NCBI RefSeq assembly: GCF_001186125.1
Contig: NW_014040387.1
Location: forward strand, 1-64,000
Direction: 5' to 3'
DNA from: Sphaeroforma arctica JP610
Taxonomy: Eukaryota
Length of the DNA stretch: 64,000 nucleotides
In this document: positions 28,983-42,880 of the stretch, piece by piece
Position numbering within the stretch: position 1 is the first letter of the stretch
Layout: each line of letters opens with the position of its first letter
Translations under genes and position numbers: made by a program
Notes under the pieces: model-generated
Told to the model about the DNA's origin: nothing
Database searches by the model: none
The model's input: the letters and a program-made list of their open reading frames with translations, nothing else

Positions 28983-29024
<42 letters not shown>

Positions 29025-31299
29025 CATTTATACATTTATATATCTACCCTTACAACCCAGCCATGGAAGAGAGCGAGCTGAGAATAGCGCCGAAACGGAA
29101 CGTAGAAGCCGAGCCAAAAGATAGCACTATGAATGGCCAGCTCTTTAATAAGCGAAAACGGGGCGTGCGAGACGGCAATCGGCCGCAATCGGCTCCGCCA
29201 GTGCAGCTGAAGGCCTTTGCCGCCGAACATGCATTAGATGCTCTGGCAGACGAGGCTCTCAAACGTATGTTGATCTTAATCTGCGCATGATGTATATATA
29301 GTGTGCAATTGTATATATGTGCATGTGTAGGTGTATATGCATATGCATATGCATATGTCTATATATATTGTATATAGTGTATATGTGTGTATCGATTGAG
29401 TTTTAGTTTAGGTCTGCACCTGAAGTATAGATATGTAGCCTTGGTGAGCATTACCGCCGCGTATGCTGTGGATGCTCTGACAGACAAACCTATGTCAATA
29501 GGTAAACGATTATAGGTTTAAATGTGTTCTTAACTTCAACACATCTGATTACGTCATGGCATTCGGCCTTCTTATCCGTATATTGTATAGAGATTTGGTC
29601 TCTGACATTGAACCACTTGTGTCATTGCACCGGTATAGGATCACCACAACAGTGTACTAGCTCACCGGCTGACACAGAAACTGTCGATGAGCAAGCGGAG
29701 ATGGGCCGGCAGCACTCTGACGGGTACAGGGTAAGATAGTTGGCAAATCGATACTTACACATACACGCACATATGTAGTGTTATATATATATATATATAT
29801 GTGTGTGTAGATGTAGATGTGCAGCATCTCGTTTACCTCTCATGATTGTGCGTGATCTGAGTTGAATCTGTGTTCTCCATCTCGCTAGCTCTTTGTTTCC
29901 CGAGTGCACGGTCTATCTGCTATCGTGCTTGGTCGTCGTTGCTAGCACCGCAACGCATCATAGTGCCCATTCTACTTTGAAGAGGCGTCACGACCTCGTT
30001 CGTGTTTTGTTTACGATAGTACCATCTCTCTCTAGGCACTCTACTATGACGATATATCACCGTGTTTGATCTTTATACCACACTCTGGCCCTTGTGCTCA
30101 CCCATGCATTTACCAATGATCCCGTCCACGAGCAGAGGTCCAACAGCTCACACGGCGGTAGTCTCCATCTGCTCGCTGAGTTAGCGCTGCGCTTCGAGGC
30201 TGATTACGTAGCTGCTGCTGATGCTGCCGCTGCCGCTGCTGCTGCAACAGGTGGGGTTCAGACCCCTTCAGAGACCCCCCTGGAATCACATTCGTCTCCA
30301 GCACAGGCACATCAGACCGGTGAGGTGCTGGACAACGGTAGAGATAGTGTAGGCATGGACAACGGTGGAGATAGTGTAGGCATGGACAACGGTGGAGATA
30401 GTGTAGGTATGGACAACGGTAGAGATAGTGTAGGCATGGACAACGGTGGAGATAGTGTATGTATGGACAATGGTAGAGATAGTGTAGGTATGGACACGGA
30501 CGCCAGTATACACAGTAAACAGCAGGAGAGTGGCCTGCAAGATGCTCAAACGAGCGCGGAAGATGTCCGATCGCAAGAATCGGATGCTAAATATAGCCCG
30601 CGTGCTATAAATAGCACAGCCAATGGCGAGCCGAGAGCAAGGGGTGACTCTGCATTGCGAGCACTGACGGCGGCACTGTTTATGGCAGAGGACACTGCAG
30701 CGGTGCACTCGACCAAGCAACAGCCGATGTGTGTGGAAAACGAGCAAGAAGCACCACAAACACAGCGGCAGGATATGCGGGAATTCGAGCAGAAACAGGA
30801 GCACCAACCCCAGGACGAAAATCTAGGGGCCTTAAAAATGGATCGGGGGCAGGGCTCGAAACAAAGAATGGCGGGCGAGCGGGCGGATGTGGCCTCTGAT
30901 GCACACAGTGGGGATAGGCCCGCACACCATGACGAGGAACGTATGGGAACACATGCGCTAACCTATGAATCACCTGAGCGGAGATCCGTATCGCCCCCAC
31001 CCACGCGCAAGCAACCCCAAACAGCGACAGCCGAGTCAGAAGCACGCCAGAGGAGCACCAAAAGTGTATGTGTGGACACACATCCGATGAACAGTGTGAG
31101 TGTGGTGTCTGTTGTCAGTGCCAATAGCAATTGCTCGGCCGCAGTGGCTGGGACTGAGGCGTCTACCAGCCAATGGGCGAAGCACAGCAATGCGACGAAG
31201 GCGGGCACTGGCATAAGTGCTGCCGCGGTGTTCGAGGTGACTAGCGTGGATGAGAGTGGCGAACGCGTGATGAACGCCGAAATCAGCACGGCCAGGTGA
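20451..31299 (+). CDS. Large PHD-like zinc-finger protein with long disordered Q/H/P/G- and K-rich regions (putative chromatin or transcription regulator), ~1,880 aa
   Basis: Phase-consistent GT-AG exons 20451-20779, 21892-22034, 22806-23041, 24191-27521, 27928-28002, 29061-29264, 29439-29501, 29639-29730 and 30136-31299. The spliced finger reads CYKC...CKENDCGLACHACC...WYCAEH. The start codon and the joins after 27521 are inferred from phase only. Confidence 0.7.
30331..30492 (+). repeat. Coding 27-bp tandem repeat, 6 copies (DNG[R/G]DSVGM)
   Basis: Unit gacaacggt(a/g)gagatagtgtagg(c/t)atg, in frame within ORF 30094-31299. Confidence 0.95.
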
Positions 31300-33881
31300 C
31301 AACAACCGCGCCGCAGCTTTCATTCAGGAGTGCTGAGTGTACGAGATGGATTGAGTTGGCACGAGGGGTGACGAAATCCCGCCACCTATACATCTATCTC
31401 GCTTTCTTTTCTCTGTGTGTGTACCTCTCGCTCGCTCTGTGTGTTTGTGTGTGCGTTGTGGAGCGAGATGAATTGAGCGCTATCGGACCACAAAGCGGCC
31501 CCAAAGCACATAATGCCGGGTGGTCTATGCGATCCGTCAACACATTCAATGTGTAACAATCGACCGGTGAATAGCCACAATTCGTGGGGATGTGCGGAGC
31601 AGGTGCTCTGTGGGCTTTTAATTGTCCAAAGTCTAATTAATGCAGTGGTACTTGGGGTTGAATGTGAGTCCGGGCGAATGCCGCGACTGTTAAGGGAGCC
31701 TATTACATTACATACTACAGATGGCACCTGGAAAATGACATCGCCCTATGATATCTGACACTGGCATACCTAGCAGCAACTAGAACTGTAGGGGTACAGT
31801 GGTAGATGTGAGCGGACACTATGACTCATTAAGAGTCGCAAACTGAAAGTAAGAAGAAGGATCCCAGGTCACTTTAGAGTGACAATTTAAGAACGGAGAA
31901 AATCACCAAAGCGGATACGCACGAATAGCGGTGCGCGGAAGTCAGCATGCATCAGAAGTGCGCGTAGGTGAGCATTTGAGATGTTTGCACAGGACTCAAC
32001 GGATGAACCGAAGAATGAATCAAACGAAGAATCACCGGCTCGCAACAATGTCGTAGGAATGTCAGTGTGATACATCGGACGCCAGCTTCGTGGATGGTTG
32101 GCCTTGCAAGAGTGCAACGCACTATGAGTAGAATATCCTACCGAGCAACCCCTACCACTAGGGAAGTATGCGATGGAGTTGAACCAGGAGACACAAAGAC
32201 CAATACTTACTGTCCTGGCTTCGATAGAAACGGGGCACTATCGAAATTAGACGATGGAAGAAGAAATGAAGCCCCCAGAAGGGCGATCGTAACAATTAAA
32301 AGAGATTTCAATTTTCCATGCGTATTAGGATGTATAAACATACTAGAACTAAAGAGAGAATTATGGACTTGTGTGCCATATGTGCATTAAATACAAATCT
32401 GTATTCATTTTTATTTCTTCAGCACCTGCACATTTCATTAATTATTTATTAATACTTCTTCGGCAGATGCACTTTTCATTCATTATTTATACTTCTTCAC
32501 ATTTCATTATTTATTTATTATTACTTCTTCAGCAGATGCACTTTTCATTCATTTATATATTTATACATCTTCACATTTCATTTATGTATCAGTGAAGAGC
32601 TACATAAACACGTTTTGATGCTCTGGACAGATCTACATATATATGCGCGTACATTGTTGTGTCTGCTTGCCGAAAAACCCCTTAACGAGCATTCACTCGA
32701 CAATGTATCCTTTTTAGGAGAATAACACACTATCCATTCCTCCGGGTAGTAGTGCTAGCTGGTGAGACGATGATCCTATCTCCGCAGTCAAAACTTTACT
32801 TACACTCTCAGGCTCGATAGTGTACAAGATGACTACTAGAGAACAACAAGTCATTGTTGCATGGCAAGCAAGCTCCAATATATTTCAGCCCCAAGTGCGC
32901 TAAGAATCAGAATATACATCTATGCAAGTAAGCGACCACCTACTGTAGTTGGTAGTACAGAAGAGTGACTTATTTTTATATGTGCACATTATGTGTATTT
33001 GGATTATTGCGCTGTGTGACTGAGCGTTCTGGTATGCCCATAAACCAACCAACAACTCGATTTGTTAGCAATGAAGTTTCTACGAAGCCAGATGAGACGT
33101 CCTATTTATAGATTCAGGCCATATCCAGATGTATAGGCTTACAAATATATAAATGTGTGCTATGTGTGTGTTTGAGTCATCAGTGCTCCGTGACAGAACT
33201 TACTTGTATATGTCTGTAACCGGCTACTGACAGTCTGACACACATGGGATTAATATACACGAGTTAAGAGCCTAAAAGTCATGAGCAGGGCATAAGTATT
33301 TATGTTAAAAAAGAGACTTCTAAGCAATGATGAAGATGTTTAACAGCCTCTGAATTCAACAAAGATAAGGTGTTCTTTTTATGAGGTTATGAGTCAGGCT
33401 TTAAAAAAATGTGTACATATAATTTTTTTGAACAAAAATTTACATACATCGATTTGTGTTCCCGCTCTTTTCCACCAATGACTGCTTTGCACTGTTTTGA
33501 ACACAAACACCTAAAATAAACTTGGTTTATAGGCCTTTGTAGATGTAAATAAACCTTGTTCAGTTGTATACTCCTGTATTCGAACAAAGTTGAAAGGGCT
33601 ATGTTTTCAGTTTTTTCCGGAATGAATTTCATTCTTCCTATGAGCGGCCGGCCATGCTGTTGCATTGCCCAATCAGCAATATCTACCGTCAATATTGTCA
33701 ACAACTGTGCTATGCTCCTTTTTAGCTCCAGCCCGGCTCCATGAGAAGTATGCCAGACGCCATACGGTCAATACGACATACGGTGCAAAAAAAATAAGCA
33801 ACGACATAACAAAAGGAGGGAATGGATGAGTGCGAAGCTTCAGATCTCTATACGAGTACATACACATACATACATATTATA

Positions 33882-34427
33882 ATGGCTGCCAAAGTAGACG
33901 CAAAGGTTGTCAAGGCCTGTATCAAGGAGGGAGGCAAGAAGGGCCAGGATCTATGTGGTATGGCTGATTTGGGATCTATCAACTTCTTCAACGTCGTGAT
34001 CGATGCCGCCGAGGGACGTGATGACTACCTTGACGAGTGCATGAAGGGAGCCAACATGGAGGTAGATGCCGAGGCCGAAGACCGCAAGGGTGGAGCCCAC
34101 GGTCTGGGAAAGTTGTTCTATTCCGCTGGAACCGATCGTTTGGCGTTCCTATGCCACGTACCTGCTGCTCTAAGTAAGGAGAAGGATGTCACCAAGGAAG
34201 ACTGGTTGAACGCTGTGTTGGCCTCGGTTGACGGAAAGGTTACCGAGACCATCTCCGACGAGCTTATCCGTGGAGAGGCACTAAAGGAGGGAGAGAAGTT
34301 CCCATTGAAGATGCGAGATACTGCTATCAATGCCGGTTTCGCTTTCTTGCGTGAGAAGGGTCTTGTGCTGGATGACGAGTCTAGTGACGACTGTGACTAC
34401 GCCGAGGCCGCTGGTATCGAGTGGTAA
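33882..34427 (+). CDS. Intronless conserved hypothetical protein, 181 aa, acidic tail
   Basis: ATG at 33882 after an AT/AC-rich leader, strong codon bias, and globular-looking blocks KEGGKKGQDL.GMADLG, EDRKGG..G.GK.F.SAG and KFPLKMRD.AI..GFAFLREKGL. I recall similar uncharacterised proteins from various protists and algae, but this is not verified. Confidence 0.88.
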   Translation: MAAKVDAKVVKACIKEGGKKGQDLCGMADLGSINFFNVVIDAAEGRDDYLDECMKGANMEVDAEAEDRKGGAHGLGKLFYSAGTDRLAFLCHVPAALSKEKDVTKEDWLNAVLASVDGKVTETISDELIRGEALKEGEKFPLKMRDTAINAGFAFLREKGLVLDDESSDDCDYAEAAGIEW

Positions 34428-35874
34428 ACTCGCCATAAAGTACATACTTAATAAGAAGATTGTATATACAATAGTACTGTAGGAACGGGTTTGCCTGGCT
34501 GCCTGATAAAATGATTTAGTAGACTGGTAGTATGCTCGGAACGCTTCACATTTCTTTCAGGAACAGATGTAAATATGTTTACTGTGGTTAAATAGTGCAC
34601 CCTTCTGCTGGGCAGAAAAGTAAGGAACAGGGTGGAACTTTGTGATTCTCAACCGTTATTGTTTCGATGTATAGTATACACGCAGTTTGGTAGTGGTCCA
34701 ATCTTGGCTTGGACCCCTTGCGGTTCAAGAGTCGAATATTGTATATGAGGACGTAAGGTATCGATGGACATCAACTTCTATTAAAGCTTTTCATGTGATA
34801 TATGAATAGAGAACTATCATTTAAGTTGTACTTAGTTAAGATCAGACGCATGCATACGTTCGGTATTTGTAGTACGATTTATGTGTTGAATCTTACGCAA
34901 GATATATGTACATATTCCTTTTCTAAAATAGGGTTTTAAATCCTTGACTACTTCTCAATTTGCTTTATTGTTATTGTGCACTGTTTGTACTACAGCGCAG
35001 TTATTTGTTTCCTATCACGCGATATCAAATTTTCAAGCACTCGAAGAATTCTGTTTGGAAAGGCTCTTTATGTTTTCTGGCGTACGCTGTGTATATATGT
35101 ATACTGTCTGCAAACGGCCATGCGCTTCGATTTGTATGTAGCGCACTCGCACGATTCCATACACTCAAGTGCAAGTCTGTCAAAATATTTCTCTACGATC
35201 TATAACTTCTAAATATTTCTCTACCCTCTATAACTTCTAAATATTTCTGTCTATGTAGTACTGAAGTGTGAAATAGCAGACAGATCACATGGTCACGTTC
35301 GTGTGAGATCACACCATTTTATCACTAGTATAAGGTGGTGCTATCTGTCTATGCACTTCGGATAGTGGTTTCGCGGAATTAAAGTGTTGCACACTTATGC
35401 TAGAGATTCCCGTATTCACAAAGTAGTCAAAAGAGATCTTTCTCTTGTTGATAGGTCTAAACACACCTAAAATACGACAAGTTGTTTCTGTACGCTTTCT
35501 TGGTACCGTCCATCCACCTCGCTTGAAGATACAAGAACCTTTGCTCGCCAGGCGCTGACGATTCCAGCTATGAGTTTAGCAATAGTATTTTGAAAGCCCA
35601 TCACAACCCGAGCGGAACTGTGGCCCCCGTCTCTGTGCAGCATGTCTCCTATAACCATATTTAGCCTGCACCCCCCTCCCTCCCTTTGTACCTGTGCACC
35701 TGCTCACCTGCGCTTACCTCCCTGCGCACTACCATCTGTACCATCATATGCTTATGTAGAAAATAAACGCGATACAGTCTTGTTGGAAGAAAGGTAGGCG
35801 TACCCCGCCGGGAACGACGGATGTATTTTACCTGCGACGTTGTCGCTTGTACCAAGTTTTTATATGAGTATTAC

Positions 35875-36056
35875 AAAATACTATCACCATCAATTTGTTG
35901 AATCATTACATAGTACTATCACCATCACACTATCACCATCAATTTGTTGAATCAACAACAACAACAATTTGTTGAATCAATACAATAGTACTATCACCGC
36001 CAATTTGTTGAACCAATTTATTGAATCATTTCAATAGTACTATCACCGTCAATTTA
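35875..36056. repeat. Degenerate short tandem repeat
   Basis: Recurring tagtactatcaccatcaatttgttgaatca, 4-5 partial copies. Confidence 0.8.
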
Positions 36057-36687
36057 AGCGAACCAAAGTCACTAGTCACGAATTGTTTGAAATACGTTCT
36101 CGTACGCTGTAGCTAGTTTATCTCAGGAAAATTAGAACAATATGCATCTACAAATTTGGTTTTATAGGCTTGACATGGTATTGATTAGCCCCAAATACTT
36201 GAATTACGTATGCTACCGGCACAAGTACGAGAGCCCCGCCCATGTGTCGGCGACCAGCCTAACGAGGAATCTCAGACTTTGGCATATAAATAAACTCGCT
36301 AGTATTGAATCCCCGCTGATTCATATACTCAGCGCGCTCTCCGTTGCTTCCGGTGTTTCCATAACTCCATATATAAATACTAGGTGAGTACAATTGGCAG
36401 TTGTATGTATCAATTCAACCCACCATAGCGGTCTGCAAGTATAGTCTCGTGGTGCCATGTCTGCCAACGAACACTCTCTCTAGTCTCCATCCGGGACTTC
36501 TCCTCCCCGGTGCCACTGTTTTAATGGATTTTAGTCTGCCAACTCATGCGCACTCGCTTCTCTGGTACTTGTTTAACTCTACTGCGCTCCAGTTCATGTG
36601 TGGTGTCCAGACCACACGCAAGGACACTCTCGTCAGTATATGGTACAGATACTTCAGGGTATTAAAAACTAGTTCCTCAAACGGCCA

Positions 36688-37132
36688 ACAAGCCACTAAT
36701 TGGCGCTACTGCACAAAGCACTACACTAATTGGCGGCCACTCGATTAATTACAAGTTAGTTCCCTAAGGCACCAGCGAACAAGCCACTAATTGGCTCTCA
36801 GCCCTGCACTAAGCAAAGCACTAATTGGCGGCCACTCGATTAATTATAGGTTAGTTCCCCAAGGCACCAGCGAACAAGCCACTAATTGGCACTCAGCCCA
36901 TTGCTTGGGTTGATTGCTAATTTTAATTGGGCTACACTTAGCACATTGTTGCTATTCGCAGTATCGAGTGCACGTTTGCGATTGCATTCTGTGCATCAGG
37001 GCAATTGGTCCATTAATTGGCGCCTAATGTGGCGTTGAACTGCCAATTTTAATTGGGCTACACTTGCACACTGTTGCTGTTCGCTGCATCGAGCGCGCAT
37101 TTGCGACTACATTCGGTGCATCGGGGCGATTG
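36688..37132. repeat. Two adjacent duplications (~95-bp and ~126-bp periods) rich in ctaattgg
   Basis: ctaattggcggccactcgattaatta at 36726 and 36821; aattttaattgggctacactt...gtgcatc.gggc.attgg at ~36919 and ~37045. Confidence 0.8.
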
Positions 37133-38577
37133 GAATACGCGTGTATGTGTGATATATCACACACTGCCTTGTACATAGCCGATCAAACACCGTGGTACGC
37201 TGCAGGCGTTTCTCCTCGGCAACTTGCAGTAGTGAAGTGCACTAAACTACGCACTCGCTCCAACAAGACTCATCGGGCTATCCAGATCCTACGTGAATAG
37301 CCGTCTGCTATGCGAAGTATTTTAACGAATCGGGGCACCCACTCAAGCGAGCGTCTAAAACCACCCACGCAGGACTCAAACCCGCTGTCAGGGCGTAGGT
37401 GAATGTACTTTCAGGCAGTGAAGTACTTTGACCAGAGCAATCGCCCACGCGGGAGTTTATCGCGTTACGCAAACCCGTGTGTGGAGAAACCGCCAAAGAG
37501 TGAGGTGCGTTGACCAGGGTTGAGGGTATGTACCTACACAGACAGCACTCGAACTAGCTGTACAGAATGAACGTAGGTGAATGTACTTCCGGGTAGGCAA
37601 GTGCATTGACCAGTGCAATCGCTGGAGTGGAAAGTAGTCCAGCTATGCTGAGCTAATATGAAGATACCGTCAGGCCGTGAGCTACCTGACCATAGTACGC
37701 ACTCAACCGGGTGTCCCAGCGAACTACGCAGGGCTTAGACGGACAGGCTCCCCCGCAGTTGACCGATACGTCGTCCTCAAGTAATCAATACACAACCCCC
37801 AATCTACCCCATCTGCAGCAGAGACCAGCATGACCCGTATTGCCCCTTTCTTTCTCAGGTGGTAAACGCATTGCTAACGCCTGCCAAGGCCGTAGGAGGT
37901 ATACCGACAGCCTGCTATGGGTTAAGGAACTGTCTAGCTTGCTGGATTTCATTGTGTCCTGTGCAAGCGTGAGAATGCACCCATTCTCTCAGAATAGGAC
38001 TCACTTATACTGTATAGCTTGCTGGGTTTGAGGTGTCTGTAGAGCCACTGGTCACCTCACCCCCAAATAAATATTATAGTCTCGCGTAGACGACAATGCG
38101 CAGAGGTCCGCCCACGCCGTCCTTTGTTCTCAGCGAACCATATCATCAACCGCAATAGGAAACTGTGCATAGCCTCCTCAACTGGTGTGCTTTTTCAACT
38201 GATGTTTATCGCTGGGTTCGCGTCCTGGCGCGCACGCTTACTCGCTGTCCCTGTCTGTTGTTTGTCAGTAATGAATGGAGAGGTATTTGTTAATCAAAGT
38301 GCGGTACACAAGTACAACCCCGGCAATTAAGGTGCACACCTGAGGTCGCAGTTGGACTGGTGTTGATAGAGTGACACACAACCTAAATTCTGTTTGTCCC
38401 TATCCAACGCATAAACTAGGACAACCCAGGCACTGTGTGCACTACACACTAGTCATTGAAGCCAGGCGTGATGTTGGGGATGAAGTACAAATGGGCGTAT
38501 GTATATCCAGAGCAAAAACAGACCCCCCAGGCAATACACAAGGCACACGGAGGCACACAGAAGAGGTGATACCTCAC

Positions 38578-38648
38578 TGGATGCCAGAGAGTTCTCATGA
38601 ATGGATGCCAGAGAGTTCTCATGAATGTATGCCAGAGAGTTCTCATGG
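38578..38648. repeat. 24-bp tandem repeat x3
   Basis: Unit atgccagagagttctcatgaatgg. Confidence 0.9.
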
Positions 38649-38699
38649 TTCCAGTGTAGGTAGGTTATAGGGTATGTTGCTTTGAATAGCTTCACCCAG

Positions 38700-39072
38700 C
38701 ACACAATACCTCCATTCAATATACATTTGTCGCGTGTAATTTTCATTGGTACTCTAGGGCGTACATCAGATACACACGCTTCTATCTGAAATACAATACA
38801 CAAATACCTTCATCCAATATACACTCACGAGAAATACAACGCAACAACGCACAATACCTCCATTCAATATACGTTTGTCGCGTGCACTCCCCATTGGTAC
38901 TCTAGGGCGTACATCAGATACACACGCTTCTATCTGAAATACAATACACAAATACCTTCATCCAATATACAAACACGAGAGATACAACGCACACTACCTC
39001 CATTCAATGTACGTTTATCACGTGTACTTCTCATTGGTACTCTAGGTCGTGCATCGAATACACACGCTGCTA
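38700..39072. repeat. ~148-bp tandem repeat x2.5
   Basis: cacaatacctccattcaatatac...cattggtactctagggcgtacatcagatacacacgc recurs at ~38702, ~38850 and ~38990. Confidence 0.9.
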
Positions 39073-40734
39073 TTATACACGTATCTAGATGTCATATGCA
39101 TTTACCTGGGAGTTATCCTCAGCTGCGCGCTTTCTGGCGGTTAGCACTTCGGTGAACTTATCGCTCAGCTGTAACAAGGACCACAAGAACCACAACTTAG
39201 ATATTTAACCCCTGAAACTTAGATATTAAACCCTAAAACCCTGAACCCGTCCAAGTTAATCTCTGAAAAAAAAAGATATTAGATTCGCGATGAACAGAGC
39301 GTCAAGAGCGTATTGTATATAGACCCCACCCCCCCCACCACCACCGCAAAGAAATCCCTTTGAAGAGATACAGGGGTCTTGACTCTAATCTGATGTGTTG
39401 TATATGCAAACTTATCTCCGCGCTCCGGTCGCGAAAGCATGGCTGTGGCTCTGAATTGCCTCTACGGATATATGAACAGGCCCCAATACTCAAAGAATGG
39501 AGAATGGGCGTAGAGGTCCAGTACTATCAGTCAAAAACACACACGGCACCGCCCGAACGTTAGTAAGGCTACGACGCCTCTACGAGCATGTGGTATAAGC
39601 GAGCACCAATAAAAAACCTAGATATATCGGAAATGGTTTCGAGATGTCGTAAATTGTGGGCTTTCGGCGATATGACTTGACGGTAACCGCCCAGTCATGG
39701 AAGTGCACGCACATCCGCAACCACACTCCGCATCGCACAAACACAGGCATTATGTGATCGTATACTGAGAGATAACTACTAGGCGACACAGCGGGAGGGG
39801 GGGGGGGAGGGAGTCTTGTTTTGCGTGATGTGGGGAACTCTGTCCAGAATATGATATGCGATGGACTACAATGCTTACTGACTTGTAGTAGAACAAGTAC
39901 AGTCTCATGGGAAGCCTTTAAAATCAATCTACCAATTTGTGTGGCTAGATTGGCTTGGTCTTTAGCTACAGCCTAAGTGCATAGCCCCCGATACGTACTG
40001 AGACAAGAGGCTGTAATACCGTTTCTGTATTCCGTGACTAATAATCACTTAATCAGTTACATCCAACCTACCGCTGACCGGGTCGTGCTCCATGTAGAGC
40101 ATTCCAGACCCACTACCGTCGACGCACATGTGAGTGCCAAAGGATGTAAAGAACGACTACACTCACCTCCGCAGGTCGCGTGAGCTCGGATACACTTCCA
40201 ACTGCTTCACCGCAAAAGAAAAGCGCAGAACAACACGGATACATACCGCTCAGATAATACGCCTACAACTCCTTCACAGCCCCGCCCCAACAAGTGACCC
40301 CCCCCTCAAAACCCTAAACCCAACGCTCATACCTTGCGGAGGTGGTAAGGTTCGAGAGCAGCTACCACCGACGTCGCAAACGCCATGGCCTGCTGCGTTG
40401 CGATGATGAGGTCTGTCTCGGCCGTCTCGCTAAAGTACTCTTCAAATGCACTTGAGCTCTCATGGGTGATCGCCTGTGTGTGCCGTGATGAATGGATAGG
40501 TTGCGTACTGGTATGTACTGCTTCGGTCTTAAGACTACAACAACGTGTGTGTATGCGTGGGTACACTCCGGTACTTGTCTTATTGATATTGTTGTGTGCT
40601 GGACGCTAATGGCTGCGACAAGATACGACAGATGTGATGCATATAACCCATGCCTGCGTGTGGGCAATTGCCTGTGCTTGTCTTGATGGATGGTGGTGTT
40701 GTGGCATGCGATGACCCGCTCACAGTATGAAAAA

Positions 40735-40870
40735 CAAAGCCACGGTATATGCGTGGATAGTAAAAGCCACGGTATATGTGTGGATAGTAAAAGCCATAGT
40801 ATATGAATGGATAGTAAAAGCCACGGTTTATGCATGGATAGTAAATACCACGGTATATGCGTGGATAGTA
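40735..40870. repeat. 27-bp tandem repeat x5
   Basis: Unit aaagccacggtatatgcgtggatagta. Confidence 0.9.
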
Positions 40871-41338
40871 GCCTGCGAATGTGCCAATGTCATGTGCTTT
40901 TCGATAAACAGTGAGTTCGAAGAAACTGCTCAGGCAGAATGACAACTGTCGATACGGATGTATATGATTGAGTATTCTGTGTCTGTACTTGGTCTCTCAG
41001 ATTTGAAAGCAAAATGAGCTGGAATGCTCGGGCCTAGATATGATGCATAGACTCCTATGTACGTATGCAGGTGATTGCGGGTGCTTGCCGTGGTGTATAG
41101 GTGTGTGTGCTTACTAACGACTCTTGTGTCATGGTTTCACACATAGACTATGCTTGGAGTGTGTGTATATATGCATAGGGCGGATCAGATCCCAATGACC
41201 GGGTTAGACCCATAAGCATCCATCATCGTTAACCCGCTAAGCGCACCCCGCAAGACTCACACACTGATCCAGACCAAGTTTGTACTGCAGATAAGATTCG
41301 ATCGTCGCTATATCATTTGATAGCGGTATTGTAAGCTA

Positions 41339-41725
41339 TACATTCCTTGTAAACAAGCAATGCATCCCTTATAAACAAGCAATACATTCCTTGTAAACAA
41401 CCAATACATCCCTTGTAAACAACCAATACATCCCTTGTAAACAACCAATACATCCCATAAAACAACCAATAGATCCCTTGTAAACAACCAATAGATCCCT
41501 TGTAAACAACCAATGCATCCCTTGTAAACAACCAATAGATCACTTGCAAACAACCAATAGATCCCTTGCAAACAACCAATACATCCCTTGTAAGCAACCA
41601 ATACATCCCTTGTAAACAACCAATACATCCCTTGCAAACAACCAATACATCCCTTGTAAGCAACCAATACATCCCTTGTAAACAAACAATACATCCTTTG
41701 TAAACAACCAATACATCCCTTGTAA
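41339..41725. repeat. 22-bp minisatellite, ~17-18 copies
   Basis: Unit aaacaaccaatacatcccttgt with single-base variants and no unique spacers. Confidence 0.95.
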
Positions 41726-42880
41726 AATGTCTAGAACATATTATTCTAGCAGTATTGCTTGCAACTATTTCCTCTGTTAAACTGGATACGTTATATTTCA
41801 TAAATGCTCTCACAGTCGGCGAAGCAGAATACTTTGTATCTCGGCCCTCTGAAAACGTTATCTCCTCCACATACTCATAAATAAACACAGCTGAAATAAC
41901 ACACTGCTCTAGTATACTAAACGCTTACCAGTGCACGTTTACGAGTTGTTTGGGCCGCAGCATCGTCCTCTGGGAAGAACTCGTCTATCGCGTGCCTCAT
42001 ATTCTCCAGCAGTTGAGTGTGCTTGGTCCCGGGGACTGTAACCGCGTCGATGCGCATCTGTACGATTTTCTGCGATGTATATGGGTACTATTGTTAATGT
42101 TCCGTTCATCTATTGGCCAGCACCTTTCATCTGGACCATGTTCTGCGTTGCATATAGGTTATTGTCATAACTGTCCTGTGCCGTGGTAGTATCACACCAA
42201 TCACTCACCCGTTCGTACATTGGCATACACGTGCTATCTGTTGGACTTGGTATAAAACCTGATAACCGAAGTTCATATTTGCGCATACGCATGCCATTTG
42301 CAAGACGTTCTGCGTAGTGCACCTGATACTCGTCCTGCCATCTATTGGCATATATTAAGTATATAGGTACTCATTGTGTATTCATCAGACACTACACCAA
42401 CCCAAACTTATCGCAAGACAAAAATAACCCAGCGGCTGAACTCCACAACATCTGATCTTTGACTGTCGCACTACGCGAGCTATAAGTGACTGAAAACTCT
42501 AACCCCATCCACGCGGGAAGCACTGCAATTGCCCATGCGCCCTCCTAGAGGTCAGCGCAACGTTCCAATACATTACCCAAACCACAGTAGAATCCTCATA
42601 CCAACACGCCCCACCCTCCCGAAGAGACGAGTTCAGCACATATTGTTGGTTTCTTTCTCGTACATGGGCGTAAGGCACGACATGGCAGCTGTCGAGCATA
42701 GTATCTAACGTATTCAAATACTTGACACCTGACACTTGACACTTGCATAATCATCACACTTACAATCATACACTCCTCGGCATCGCTACATGGACGTGTG
42801 CAGTTCATTATGCGGTGGGAACTACAAGTGTTAACCTTGTTCACAGCAGATCAGCTATACCCACGGTCACGATGACATAA

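Noticed and set aside
41339..41725. Regular 22-bp array as a CRISPR-like locus
   Set aside because: Head-to-tail units without unique spacers, no cas genes, and a eukaryotic context. It is a minisatellite; the same applies to the 53-, 91-, 111- and 135-bp arrays.
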